The position numbers and the translations under genes are program-made. A stretch of 64,000 nucleotides of DNA from an uncultured Gemmatimonadales bacterium (GTDB taxonomy: Bacteria; Gemmatimonadota; Gemmatimonadetes; Gemmatimonadales; GWC2-71-9), in NCBI GenBank assembly GCA_963748815.1, contig CAVVKJ010000014.1:32001-96000 (forward strand), given 5' to 3'. Under the pieces are notes generated by a model, which searched no databases, was not told the DNA's origin, and saw nothing but the letters and a program-made list of their open reading frames with translations. Every line of letters begins with the position of its first letter. Position 1 is the stretch's first letter. Positions 11,072-20,890 of the stretch are shown one piece after another.

Positions 11072-11521
11072 ATGGACATCCAGTGGTGGCACTGGCTCGT
11101 AGTTGGTCTCTTCCTCGTCGTGGTGGAGCTGGCCGCGGCCGGCGGCTTCTACGTCATCTTCTTCGGCATCGCGGCGATCCTCGTCGGGCTGCTGGCCAGC
11201 GTCAACGCCGCGGGCTCGATCGGCGCGCAGCTCATCCTGTTTTCCGTGCTCTCCGTGGCCTCCCTCCTCCTCTTCCGGGACCGGCTGGTGAAGCGCTTCC
11301 AGGGTGACCCGCAGGCGCCCCAGATCGACCAGCTCGTGGGCGAAACGGCCATCGTCACCGAGGCGCTTCAACCAGGTGCCGTCGGCAAGGTCGAGTTGCG
11401 GGGTACGACCTGGTCCGCCCGCACGAGCACGGGAGCGCTGCTGCCTCGCGGCACCCGCTGTCGGGTGACGAGCGTGGATGGTCTTACCCTTTCCGTCGAG
11501 CCCGAAGGAGCAGGCCAATGA
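11072..11521 (+). CDS. NfeD-family membrane protein (YbbJ-like)
   Basis: Hydrophobic N-terminal half; LVG...GKVELRGTTWSAR OB-fold; paired with an SPFH gene. Confidence 0.88.
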   Translation: MDIQWWHWLVVGLFLVVVELAAAGGFYVIFFGIAAILVGLLASVNAAGSIGAQLILFSVLSVASLLLFRDRLVKRFQGDPQAPQIDQLVGETAIVTEALQPGAVGKVELRGTTWSARTSTGALLPRGTRCRVTSVDGLTLSVEPEGAGQ

Positions 11522-12432
11522 ACCCGATCGTCATCGTCGCGTTGTTCCTCGGCATCGTCATCGTGATCGCCATCGCCAAGACGGCGGTGGTGGTGCCGCA
11601 ACAGAGCGCGTTTGTGGTGGAGCGCCTGGGCCGGTTCTCGGGCGTGCTGCAGGCGGGCTTCCACGTCCTCATCCCGTTCGTCGACGTGATCCGGTATCGC
11701 CATTCCCTGAAGGAGGGGGCGTGGGACATCCCGGAGCAGGTCTGCATCACCCGCGACAACGTGCAGGTGGGCGTGGACGGCGTCCTCTACCTCAAGGTGC
11801 TCAACGCCGAGCGGGCGTCGTACGGCATCGTGGACTTCGTGTTCGCCATCACCCAGCTGGCGCAGACCACGCTCCGCAGCGAGATCGGCAAGATCGACCT
11901 CGACAAGACGTTCGAGGAGCGGATGAACATCAACAGCGCGGTCGTCGCGGAGCTGGACAAGGCGTCGGAGCCGTGGGGCGTCAAGGTGCTGCGCTACGAG
12001 ATCAAGAACATCACGCCGCCGCACGACATCCTCGCCGCGATGGAGAAGCAGATGCGCGCGGAGCGGGAGAAGCGCGCGGTCATTCTCACCTCCGAAGGCC
12101 AGCGCGACGCGGCCATCAACGTCGCCGAAGGCAACAAGCAGCAGGTCATCAAGGCGTCCGAGGCCAACCGGCAGCAGCAGATGAACGAGGCCGAGGGCGA
12201 GGCGTCGGCCATCCTGGCGGTGGCCAGCGCGACGGCCGAAGGGATTCGCATGGTGGCCGAGGCGATCCACCAGCCGGGCGGCGTCGAGGCCACGCAGCTG
12301 CGCGTGGCCGAGAACTACTTGGTGCAGTTTGGCGCCCTGGCGCAGAAGACCAATACGATGATCCTGCCGGCCAACGTGGCCGACGTGGCGTCGATGGTGG
12401 CCACGGCGATGAAGGTGTTCAAGCAGGCGTGA
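11518..12432 (+). CDS. SPFH/band 7 stomatin-like protein (QmcA/paraslipin)
   Basis: VVERLGRF, QVCITRDNV, QTTLRSEIG, WGVKVLRYEIK and AEREKRA motifs. Confidence 0.92.
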   Translation: MNPIVIVALFLGIVIVIAIAKTAVVVPQQSAFVVERLGRFSGVLQAGFHVLIPFVDVIRYRHSLKEGAWDIPEQVCITRDNVQVGVDGVLYLKVLNAERASYGIVDFVFAITQLAQTTLRSEIGKIDLDKTFEERMNINSAVVAELDKASEPWGVKVLRYEIKNITPPHDILAAMEKQMRAEREKRAVILTSEGQRDAAINVAEGNKQQVIKASEANRQQQMNEAEGEASAILAVASATAEGIRMVAEAIHQPGGVEATQLRVAENYLVQFGALAQKTNTMILPANVADVASMVATAMKVFKQA

Positions 12433-12433
12433 G

Positions 12434-13763
12434 GTGACGTTCGGTACGGGAACGGCAGGAGACACCAGCGCAGGAGGACACCTGAATCGGACCGTTGCCG
12501 TCGCCGTCGCCGTGACCTTCCTCGGCGTGGGCGCCTCCGCCTGCGACCGCCCCTCCGGCAACGCCGATTACCAGGTCACCGACAGCGCCGGCGTCAGACT
12601 GGTGATGAACGGTGGCCAGGGGGCGTGGGCGCCGGGAGGGAGCTGGCAGTTCGAGGAGGATCTTCGGATCGAGTCTCCGGAGGACGAGGCGGGTCGCCAG
12701 TTCGGGGTCATCGCGGGCGTCGCGGTAAACAGCCGCGGCGACATATTCGTGCTCGACCGCTCGGTCCCCAACATCCAGCACTTCGATTCGAACGGTTCCT
12801 ACCTCGGGACCATCGGCGGACCGGGAGAGGGCCCGGGGCAGTTCGGGCGGATGGTCGCGGAGATGCTGGTCGGCGCCGGCGATACCCTTGACCGTGCCTG
12901 ATCTCGGCAACCTGCGCATCGAGATCTTTGCGCCCGATGGCCGGTTCGTGCGGAGCTTATCCCACCCCAGGCTACCCCGACACGCCCTTCCTCTGGCGGA
13001 CGCTCCCGCAGGGCCGGCTGGCGGGTCAGGTCAACGCGATGGTAATGCCCGGCCAGACCGCGGATGGTCGCACCAACGTCGTCGTTCGCCTGGCGCCCGA
13101 TGGGACGGTGCAAGACACGATCCTCTCGTTCCCGCTCGACCCGATCTTCGATATCAGCCAGGGCCCCGGCAGCATGAAGGCACGGTTCTTCAATTCCACC
13201 GCGACCTGGACCACGGCCGGCAACGGACTCGTCGCGGCCGGCATGACCGGTGAGTACCGCCTCTCCGTCTACGCACTCTGATGGCACCCTGCGGATGATC
13301 TTCGCGAAGCACCACGAGCCGAAACCGGTCACAGAGGCGGATCGGGAGCGGGTGACGACCGCGTTCAGGCAGGCCTTCGAAGCGCAGATCGCCAAGATCG
13401 ACAACGAGCAGGTACGCGGGGCTATGGCGCAGATGGCCGGCAACATCGAGTTCGGCGCGACCTACCCCGCGTTCGGCGCCGTATTGGCGGGGCCGGAGGG
13501 GAGCTGGCTGGTCCGTCAGCCGGCTACCGCGCAGGACGTCGTCGGCGCGATCGGAAAACTCCCGACAATTGAAGCGCCGCCGGCCCCGCCGGTGTGGGAT
13601 GTCTTCGACGCCGACGGACCGATTCCTCGGCACCGTCGCATTTCCCGTCGGCTTCCGCCTGACCGCGGTGGCTGGCGGGAAGTTCTATGGCATTGAGATG
13701 GACTCGCTCGACCTTCCCTCCGTCGTGCGGCTCGCAAAGACCGGTGGCGAAGTCGGACCCTGA
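12434..13763 (+). CDS. exported 6-bladed beta-propeller protein, split by four +1 frameshifts (sequence error or pseudogene)
   Basis: ASAC lipobox-like site; DSAGV, FVLD, GGPGEGPGQF, WDVFDADG and C-terminal DLPSVVRL across consecutive frames. Confidence 0.7.
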
Positions 13764-13784
13764 CGCCGGCCGGGAGGACACTGC

Positions 13785-14291
13785 ATGCATTCCAGGTGGA
13801 TGCTGATACTGCTCGTCCCCCTCGCGGCGGCCCCGCTCCATGGCCAGGTCCCGCTTCGCCCCGTGCCACTCGGGGCGACACCCAGCCGCACCACCGGCGA
13901 GCTGCCCGTCCCCCATCGCATCGTGCCGGAAGAAAGCGTCTGCCTGGAAGAGCCGCCCCACTCGTTGATGACGATCACCGACACCATCTATCGCGATTCG
14001 TCCTACATCGAGGCGTCCGTGGACGTGCCTCCGGACCTGGTCAAGATTGGCAAGCGCCGATACCCCACCGATCTGCAGCACGCCGGCGTGGGCGGGCGGG
14101 TCGTCTTCTCTTTCATCATCGATACCCTTGGGCACGCCGAGCCCTGTTCGTTCCACGTCCACTCGGTCGCGGACCCGAGACTCGAGGTCGCCGCCCTTCG
14201 GATGGTGCTGGAGAGCCTCTTCCGGCCGGGCGAGGTGCGGGGACAGAAGGTCCGTGTGGCCGTCAACCAGGCGGTGACGTTCAATCCCTGA
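13785..14291 (+). CDS. TonB C-terminal domain protein
   Basis: YP..LQHAGVGGRVVFSFIIDTLG and FRPGEVRGQKVRV..Q.VTF; signal peptide. Confidence 0.8.
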   Translation: MHSRWMLILLVPLAAAPLHGQVPLRPVPLGATPSRTTGELPVPHRIVPEESVCLEEPPHSLMTITDTIYRDSSYIEASVDVPPDLVKIGKRRYPTDLQHAGVGGRVVFSFIIDTLGHAEPCSFHVHSVADPRLEVAALRMVLESLFRPGEVRGQKVRVAVNQAVTFNP

Positions 14292-14360
14292 TTAATTTGG
14301 TCACCGCGCTTCGCACGCCACACCCGCGACCACACCTTTTCCACCCTCCGAGCACTATCG

Positions 14361-15259
14361 ATGAATCCTCCCGGCTCAGTCCGCAACGTCGCCGACACCG
14401 CCCACTGGGTGGCGCTCTACCGTGCCATTGAATCCGAGCGCCGGACGCGCATTTCCACGATGCGCACGCGCGACGCCTGGCGGGCACGCGAGGCGAGGAG
14501 ATCCATGCGACGCTGCCCAAGCCAATGCGCAACGCCGCCTGGTCGGTGGTGGCCCGGACCGTCGTCATGGACCGCATGATCCAGGCGGAGATCAGCGCTG
14601 GTGTCACACTCGTCGTCAACCTTGCCGCCGGGCTGGATACGCGGCCCTATCGCCTCCCACTGCCTCCGATCCTCACCTGGGTCGAGGTGGACCAGCCTGC
14701 CTTGCTCGCCGAAAAGTCGGCGCTGCTCGAATCGGCCACCCCCAATTGCATCCTGGAGCGGGTCTCGCTCGATCTCTCACAGGAGGCTCCCGCGCGGCAG
14801 CTGCTGCAGCAACTCGGCGAGCGGGCCGAGAAGGTGCTGGTCATCACCGAGGGGCTGCTGATGTATCTCCGCCCCGAGGACGTCGCGACGCTGGCACGCA
14901 CGATGGCCGGTGTCCCCACCATCGAGAGCTGGGTCACGGACGTCATTTCGCCCGGGTTGCTGCGGATGATCGAGAAAGACTGGGGGCACACGCTCCGGGC
15001 GGGGAGCGCGACCATGCATTTCGCGCCCGTCGAAGGGGTGGCCTGGTTTGAATCCCGTGGCTGGCGGGTGGCGGAGTGCCATTCGACCTTTGCCGCCGCG
15101 AAGGCGCTGCGGCGGCTCCCGCGATTCCTGCACCTTCTCTCCTTCCTGCCGGGCAGCGACGGCTTCCACCCCGATCGGCCCTGGTCGGGGATCTGCCTCT
15201 TGACGCGCGCCGGCGATGAGACGCCCCCCACAGTACCGCCGCCGGGTGACGCCCGGTAG
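14361..15259 (+). CDS. SAM-dependent methyltransferase (leucine carboxyl MTase-like family), frameshift near 14440
   Basis: TAHWVALYRAIES, RT..D, NLAAGLDTRPYRL, EVDQP and EGLLMYL motifs. Confidence 0.85.
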
Positions 15260-15364
15260 GGAACCCCCAATTGTTCTATATTTGAAGGACGGGCAGCGTC
15301 CCCGCTTCCCCGCTTCCCCGCACAACAGCGGTCGGCTGCGGATAACCCTACACTTGGCTTCCAC

Positions 15365-16312
15365 ATGTCCCGCTCCACCCACGATGTAATCATCATTGGC
15401 GCCGGCCCCGCCGGCCTCTGCGCCGGCATGTACGCCGGGCGCGGCATGCTCGACGCCGTCGTCCTCGAGCGCGGCATTCCCGGCGGCGAGCTCCTCAACA
15501 CCGACCTGATCGAGGACTACCCCGGCTTCGCCACCGTGAAGGGCCACGAACTGGCCCGTCTCATGGCGGAGCACGCCGAGAAGTTCGGCGCCAAGATCAT
15601 CCAGGAAAACGTCGACACCGTCGCCCGCCGCGAGGATGGAATCTTCGAGGTGGCCTGCAGCAGCGGCAACACCTTCGAGGCGCCCGCCGTCATCCTCACC
15701 GCCGGAGGCACGCCGACCAAGCTCGGCGTGCCGGGTGAGCTCGAGTACGCGGGGCAGGGGGTCTCCTACTGCGCGGTCTGCGACGGCGCCTTCTTCAAGG
15801 GCCAGACCATCGCCGTCGTCGGCGGCGGCGACGCCGCGGTCGAGGAGGCTGCGTACCTGACCCGGTACGCCGAGAAGGTGTACGTCATCCACCGGCGCGA
15901 GGAGTTCCGCGCGTCGAAGCTCCTCCAGGAGCGGCTCTTCGCCAATCCCAAGGTCGAGGTCATCTGGAACAAGGTGGTGACGGAGCTGACCGGCGACCAC
16001 ACCGGGCTGCAGGCCGTCGCCCTCAAGGACACCGTGACCGGCGCCACGTCGTCGCTGCCGGTGACCGGCTGCTTCATCTTCGTCGGCTTCAAGCCCAATA
16101 CCGGGCTCGTCACGCAGCACTTCGCGCACGATCCGGCGGGGTACATGATCACCGACGACCGGATGATGACCTCCATCCCCGGCCTCTTCGCGGCCGGCGA
16201 CGTGCGGGTCCAGCTCACCCGCCAGGTGACCACCGCCGTCGGCGACGCGACGACGGCGCTGATAGCCGTCGAGAAGTTCCTGACCGAACGGAAGGCCGCC
16301 GCCGTTGCCTGA
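15365..16312 (+). CDS. trxB: thioredoxin-disulfide reductase
   Basis: GAGPAG, GVSYCAVCDG, GGGDAAVEEA, HRR and FAAGDV motifs. Confidence 0.95.
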   Translation: MSRSTHDVIIIGAGPAGLCAGMYAGRGMLDAVVLERGIPGGELLNTDLIEDYPGFATVKGHELARLMAEHAEKFGAKIIQENVDTVARREDGIFEVACSSGNTFEAPAVILTAGGTPTKLGVPGELEYAGQGVSYCAVCDGAFFKGQTIAVVGGGDAAVEEAAYLTRYAEKVYVIHRREEFRASKLLQERLFANPKVEVIWNKVVTELTGDHTGLQAVALKDTVTGATSSLPVTGCFIFVGFKPNTGLVTQHFAHDPAGYMITDDRMMTSIPGLFAAGDVRVQLTRQVTTAVGDATTALIAVEKFLTERKAAAVA

Positions 16313-16956
16313 GCCGATCGTCGTCTCCATCCCCAACGGGCAGTTCATGCAGAACTGCTACCTGGTCGGCAATCCCGACACGGGCAGGGCGGCGATGATC
16401 GATCCGGGGGAGGAGAGCGGGCGCATCATGGCGGAGGTGGAGCGGCGGGGCTGGACGCTCGACGCCATCTGGCTGACCCACGGGCACATCGACCACATCA
16501 TGGGCGTCGACGACGTCATCAGGCGCTGGCCGGTGCCGATCTGGCTGCACCCCCTCGATCGTCCCCTCTACGACAACCTGGCGCCGCAGGCGCAGATGTT
16601 CGGGTTGCGCTGCCTGCCCGCCCCGCCGCACCGACCGACGAGATCGTCCCCGGCCAGCCGCTGACCCTCGGCGATATCACCTTCGATGTGCGGTTTGCCC
16701 CCGGGCATTCACCGGGAAGCGTCGCCCTGGTCGGCTACGGTCGGGTGTTCGGCGGCGACGTGCTCTTCAATGGTTCCATCGGGCGGACCGATCTCCCCGG
16801 TGGCGACACGGCGACGCTCTTCGCCTCCATCGAGCGCGAGTTCCTGACCCTGCCCGACAGCACCATCGTCCACAGCGGCCACGGCCCCGACACCACCATC
16901 GGCGTCGAGCGCGAACGACGAATCCCTTTCTCACCGGGGTGTATCGCCTTGAGTAA
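16305..16956 (+). CDS. MBL-fold hydrolase (YcbL/GloC-like), frameshifts near 16630 and 16915
   Basis: NCY, IDPG, THGHIDH, PGHSPG, GDVLF, GRTDLPGG, GHGPDTTIG and NPFL motifs. Confidence 0.85.
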
Positions 16957-16973
16957 CGCGGGAGCGGACGTCG

Positions 16974-17010
16974 CCCCTCTCCCGGAGGGAGAGGGGTTGG
17001 GGGTGAGGGG
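16974..17010 (+). repeat. REP-like palindromic element, copy 1
   Basis: CCCCTCTCCC-GGA-GGGAGAGGGG perfect 10-bp stem followed by TTGGGGGTGAGGGG. Confidence 0.8.
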
Positions 17011-17127
17011 TTCGACGTCGGGGCACCGAAACCTGGACCCCGGCGACCCTGCCCCGGCGAACGCCGGGGGCCGGGGTGACGACGAGCGACCTTCCCCGCG
17101 GCCCCGCAGCCCCGCTGCGCCCGCCTC

Positions 17128-17232
17128 TTGTGCAACCGCTGCGGCTTCGAGGTGCGGACCCGCGCCATGGGGTGCAAGAACCCCTGCCCCAACTGCGGCA
17201 CGGTCTATCCCCTGGGTGACTGTTCGGATTAG
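17128..17232 (+). CDS. six-cysteine zinc-finger micro-protein (start uncertain)
   Basis: Reads LCNRCGFEVRTRAMGCKNPCPNCGTVYPLGDCSD*; too short for the ORF track. Confidence 0.7.
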   Translation: MCNRCGFEVRTRAMGCKNPCPNCGTVYPLGDCSD

Positions 17233-17270
17233 GGAGCCCTTCAGTAAGGACGGAATGTGGGGCACACGTC

Positions 17271-17310
17271 CCCCCTCTCCACATCGTGGAGAGGGGGTCA
17301 GGGGGTGAGG
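17271..17310 (+). repeat. REP-like palindromic element, copy 2
   Basis: CCCCCTCTCCAC-ATC-GTGGAGAGGGGG perfect 12-bp stem followed by TCAGGGGGTGAGG. Confidence 0.8.
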
Positions 17311-17313
17311 TCA

Positions 17314-17628
17314 CTAGCGCGACATGCCGACCAGCATCACCGTGCGCTCCACCGCCTCCACCACCCCGTGCGGCACCCCGGCCGGCGCCCACACCAGCGT
17401 CCCCGCCCCCGCCTCCCGTTCCTCACCACCCACGCGCAGCCTCGCCTTTCCCTCCAGCACGAGGTAAAATTTGTCGGCCCCCTCGTGCGCGTGGACCGGC
17501 TGCGACTGCCCCGGCTCGAAGCAGTTGAGCCCGGCAAAGAGGTGCGCCCCCAGCGCCAGGTCCGCCTTGGCGAACTTGCCGGCGGCAAAGGTCGTATGGT
17601 CGGCAACATGCTTGAAATAGTCGCTCAT
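17314..17628 (-). CDS. cupin-domain protein
   Basis: PGQSQPVHAHEGADKFYLVLEG and PAGVPHG cupin motifs. Confidence 0.85.
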   Translation of the reverse strand: MSDYFKHVADHTTFAAGKFAKADLALGAHLFAGLNCFEPGQSQPVHAHEGADKFYLVLEGKARLRVGGEEREAGAGTLVWAPAGVPHGVVEAVERTVMLVGMSR

Positions 17629-17681
17629 CGTGCCCCCGTGGGCTGCACCGTGAATCAACGTCCGCTCAACCGGTATCCGTC

Positions 17682-19100
17682 ATGAAGACACGCATCGAAA
17701 AGGACCCCCTCGGCGAGAAGGCCGTCCCCGCCGACGCGCTCTACGGCATCCAGACCCTGCGCGCCATTGAAAACTACCCGATCTCCGGACTCCGCCCCCT
17801 CCCCGCCTTCGTCGACGCCGTCATCCAGATCAAGCAGGCCGCGGCGCTCACCCACCGGGAGACCGGTCGGCTCGACAAGAAGCTGGCCGACGCCATCGTC
17901 GCCGCCACGCAGGAGGTGCTCGCCGGGCACCATCGCGACCAGTTCGTGGTGGACGTCTACCAGGCCGGCGCCGGGACGAGTCACCACATGAACTGCAACG
18001 AGGTGCTTGCCAACCGCGCCAACGAACTCCTCGGCGGCGAGCGGGGCGCCTACGCGCCGGTCCATCCCAACGACCACGTGAACATGGCGCAGAGCACCAA
18101 CGATGTCATTCCCACCGCCATGCGCCTCGCGACCCTGACCACCCTGCCCCCGCTCCTGGAGGCGATGGACCGTCTGGCCGCGGCCTACCTCGGCAAGGGG
18201 AAGGCGTTCGACGAGATCATCAAGTCGGGACGGACCCACCTGCAGGACGCGACCCCGATCCGCCTCGGCCAGGAGTTCACCGCGTACGGACACATCGTCG
18301 CCCGCCACCGGGCCAAGCTGGCCGAGGCGGCCCGCTGGCTTCGCGCCATGAACATCGGGGGCACCGCCGTCGGGACCGGCATCAACGCCGAGGCGGAGTA
18401 TCCCGCCCTGATGGTGAAGCATCTGCAGGAAATTACCGGCCATACCCTCGAGGTGGCCGAGGATCGCGTCCACCTGATGCAGTCGATGGGCGACATCGCC
18501 TCCTTCAGCGGGGCACTGCGCGCCTGGGTCCTCGACCTCAACAAGCTCGCCAACGACATCCGGCTCCTCGCCTCCGGCCCCCGCACCGGGCTCGCGGAAA
18601 TCGGGCTGCCCGAAGTGCAGCCCGGGTCGAGCATCATGCCGGGCAAGGTGAACCCGTCGATCGCCGAAATGGTCAACCAGGTCTGCTACCAGGCGCTGGG
18701 GCTGGACACCACGGTGGCCATGGCGGCGGAGGCGGGGCAGCTCGAGCTGAACGTGATGATGCCGGTCATGACCCACAACATCGTCTTCAGCCTCATGATT
18801 GTCGGCAACGCGACGCGGGTGTTCGCCGAGCGGTGCGTCGAGGGCATCACCGCCGACGAGAAGCAGTGCGCGCACTGGCTGGAGCGGAGCCCGGCGCTGG
18901 TCACCGCCCTGGCGCCGAAGATCGGTTACGCCGCGGCGGCGAAGCTCGCCAAGGAGGCCATCGCCACCGGGCTGACCGTGAAGCAGCTGGTCACCGAGCG
19001 CAAGATCCTCGAGGGGAAGGAACTCGAGGAGATTCTCGACCTGCGGGCAATGACCGAGCTGGGCGTGCCCGGGGGAAAGGGACTCCCGGGCGGGGGCTGA
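17682..19100 (+). CDS. aspA: aspartate ammonia-lyase / class II fumarase family
   Basis: YGIQTLRA, GAGTS, QSTND, KSGRTHLQDA and GSSIMPGKVNP motifs. Confidence 0.85.
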   Translation: MKTRIEKDPLGEKAVPADALYGIQTLRAIENYPISGLRPLPAFVDAVIQIKQAAALTHRETGRLDKKLADAIVAATQEVLAGHHRDQFVVDVYQAGAGTSHHMNCNEVLANRANELLGGERGAYAPVHPNDHVNMAQSTNDVIPTAMRLATLTTLPPLLEAMDRLAAAYLGKGKAFDEIIKSGRTHLQDATPIRLGQEFTAYGHIVARHRAKLAEAARWLRAMNIGGTAVGTGINAEAEYPALMVKHLQEITGHTLEVAEDRVHLMQSMGDIASFSGALRAWVLDLNKLANDIRLLASGPRTGLAEIGLPEVQPGSSIMPGKVNPSIAEMVNQVCYQALGLDTTVAMAAEAGQLELNVMMPVMTHNIVFSLMIVGNATRVFAERCVEGITADEKQCAHWLERSPALVTALAPKIGYAAAAKLAKEAIATGLTVKQLVTERKILEGKELEEILDLRAMTELGVPGGKGLPGGG

Positions 19101-19119
19101 GCGACGATTGGGCGCGCGG

Positions 19120-19148
19120 TTGATATCCCACCTCCGCGCTCCCATATT
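19120..19148 (+). promoter_or_regulatory. sigma70-like promoter of the Rrf2 gene
   Basis: TTGATA-17 bp-CATATT, ending 6 nt before the ATG. Confidence 0.55.
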
Positions 19149-19154
19149 GGAACC

Positions 19155-19607
19155 ATGCGAGTCACCACCTGGACCGAGTACAGCCTGATCATCTCCCTCC
19201 ACCTCGCGCGGCGGGGTGGGACGGCGCCGGTGGCGGCGCGGGACATCTCCGAGTCGGAGCGCCTCCCCGGCGACTACGTCGAGCAGATCCTCCTCCGCCT
19301 CCGGCGGGCCGGGCTGGTGGAGAGCGTGCGCGGCGCCCGCGGGGGCTACCTGCTCGGCCGCCCCGCCGAGGAGATTTCGGTGCACGACGTGATGGCCGCC
19401 TGCGATCACCAGATCTTCGAAATCAACTGTGAAACGCACCAGGTGGATGATGAACGCTGCGGCCCCGGTGCCCAGTGCAGCATCCGCCCGGTCTGGCACG
19501 CCCTGCGCAACCGGGTGGATGACCTCCTGAAGGGGGTCAGCCTGGCCGACCTGCTGCAGGACGAGGCCCGGGTGCAGGAACTCGTCGGGATCGCCGCCGC
19601 GTCCTGA
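19155..19607 (+). CDS. Rrf2 family transcriptional regulator (IscR/CymR-like)
   Basis: YVEQILLRLRRAGLVESVRGARGGYLL; three C-terminal Cys. Confidence 0.9.
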   Translation: MRVTTWTEYSLIISLHLARRGGTAPVAARDISESERLPGDYVEQILLRLRRAGLVESVRGARGGYLLGRPAEEISVHDVMAACDHQIFEINCETHQVDDERCGPGAQCSIRPVWHALRNRVDDLLKGVSLADLLQDEARVQELVGIAAAS

Positions 19608-19625
19608 ACGCCGGCGGTCCCCACC

Positions 19626-20786
19626 ATGGCTGACCCACTCCATCCCGATCCACCCCCGCTCTCCGCCGCCGAATTCCAGCGGTACTCCCGGCATCTCATC
19701 CTCCCGCACGTCGGCGAGGCCGGCCAGCGCCGGCTGAAGCAGGCGCGCGTCCTCGTGGTCGGGGCAGGGGGGCTCGGCTCCCCGGCGGCGCTGTACCTCG
19801 CCGCCGCCGGCGTCGGCACCATCGGCCTGGTCGACGCCGACCTGGTGGACGTCAGCAACCTGCAGCGCCAGGTCCTCCACGGGACCTCCACCGTCGGCCT
19901 GCCCAAGCTCGACTCCGCCCGGGACCGCATCCACGACCTCAATCCGCTCGTCGCCGTCGAGCGGTTTCCGGAGCGACTGACGTCGAAGAACGCGCTCGAC
20001 ATCTTCGCGGGGTTCGAGGTGGTGCTCGACGGCAGCGACAATTTCCCGACGCGATACCTGATCAACGACGCGGCCTTCCTCGCCGGAATCCCCGATGTCT
20101 ACGGCGCCATCTTCCAGTTCGAGGGGCAGGCCTCGGTGTTCGCGGCGAAGGACGGCCCCTGCTACCGATGCCTCTACGCGGAGCCGCCCCCGCCCGGCAT
20201 GGTCCCGGGATGCGCGGAGGCGGGGGTGCTCGGGGCGCTGCCAGGGGTCATCGGCTCCCTGCAGGCGATGGAGGCGATCAAGCTCGTGCTCGGCATCGGC
20301 GAGCCGCTCATCGGCCGCCTGATGCTGTTCGACGCGCTCCGGCTGCAGTTCCGGGAGCTCGCGCTCCAACGCGACCCCGCCTGTCCGCTTTGTGGGGCGC
20401 AACCCACCGTGCGCGAGTTGATCGACTACGAGGAGTTCTGCGGTGTGGTGCCCGTGACGGCGCCAGCGGGTCTCGAGGTGACGCCGGCCGAACTGCAGCG
20501 TGAACTGGCCGGAGGCCGGCCGGTCGTGCTGGTCGATGTGCGGGAAGTGCCGGAGTGGGAGCTGGTGCGGCTGGAGGGCGCGCGCCTGGCGCCGCTCTCG
20601 CGGTTGCCCGGCCTGGCGCATTCGCTTGACCCGTCGGCAAACATCGTCGCGTACTGCCACCACGGCGTGCGCTCGCTGCAGGCGGCGACCTTCCTCCGCT
20701 CGGTGGGACTGCCCCACGTGCGAAGCCTCGCCGGCGGCATCGACCGGTGGGCTCAGGAAATCGATCGGGAGATGGTGCGGTACTGA
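19626..20786 (+). CDS. moeB: MoeB/ThiF adenylyltransferase fused to rhodanese (MoeZ-like)
   Basis: RYSRH, GAGGLGSP, SNLQRQ, CYRC, CPLC and YCHHGVRS motifs. Confidence 0.92.
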   Translation: MADPLHPDPPPLSAAEFQRYSRHLILPHVGEAGQRRLKQARVLVVGAGGLGSPAALYLAAAGVGTIGLVDADLVDVSNLQRQVLHGTSTVGLPKLDSARDRIHDLNPLVAVERFPERLTSKNALDIFAGFEVVLDGSDNFPTRYLINDAAFLAGIPDVYGAIFQFEGQASVFAAKDGPCYRCLYAEPPPPGMVPGCAEAGVLGALPGVIGSLQAMEAIKLVLGIGEPLIGRLMLFDALRLQFRELALQRDPACPLCGAQPTVRELIDYEEFCGVVPVTAPAGLEVTPAELQRELAGGRPVVLVDVREVPEWELVRLEGARLAPLSRLPGLAHSLDPSANIVAYCHHGVRSLQAATFLRSVGLPHVRSLAGGIDRWAQEIDREMVRY

Positions 20787-20796
20787 GGAAGGGAAG

Positions 20797-20880
20797 TGCC
20801 GAAGGGGGGACTCGAACCCCCACGGGCTTGCGCCCACTGCGCCCTGAACGCAGCGCGTCTACCAATTCCACCACTTCGGC
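20797..20880 (-). tRNA. tRNA-Leu(CAG), long variable arm, CCA not encoded
   Basis: GCCGAAGTGGTGGAATTGGTAGAC...CTGCGTTCAGGGCGCAG...GGGGGTTCGAGTCCCCCCTTCGGCA forms a cloverleaf. Confidence 0.95.
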
Positions 20881-20890
20881 GTGGGCGGCA

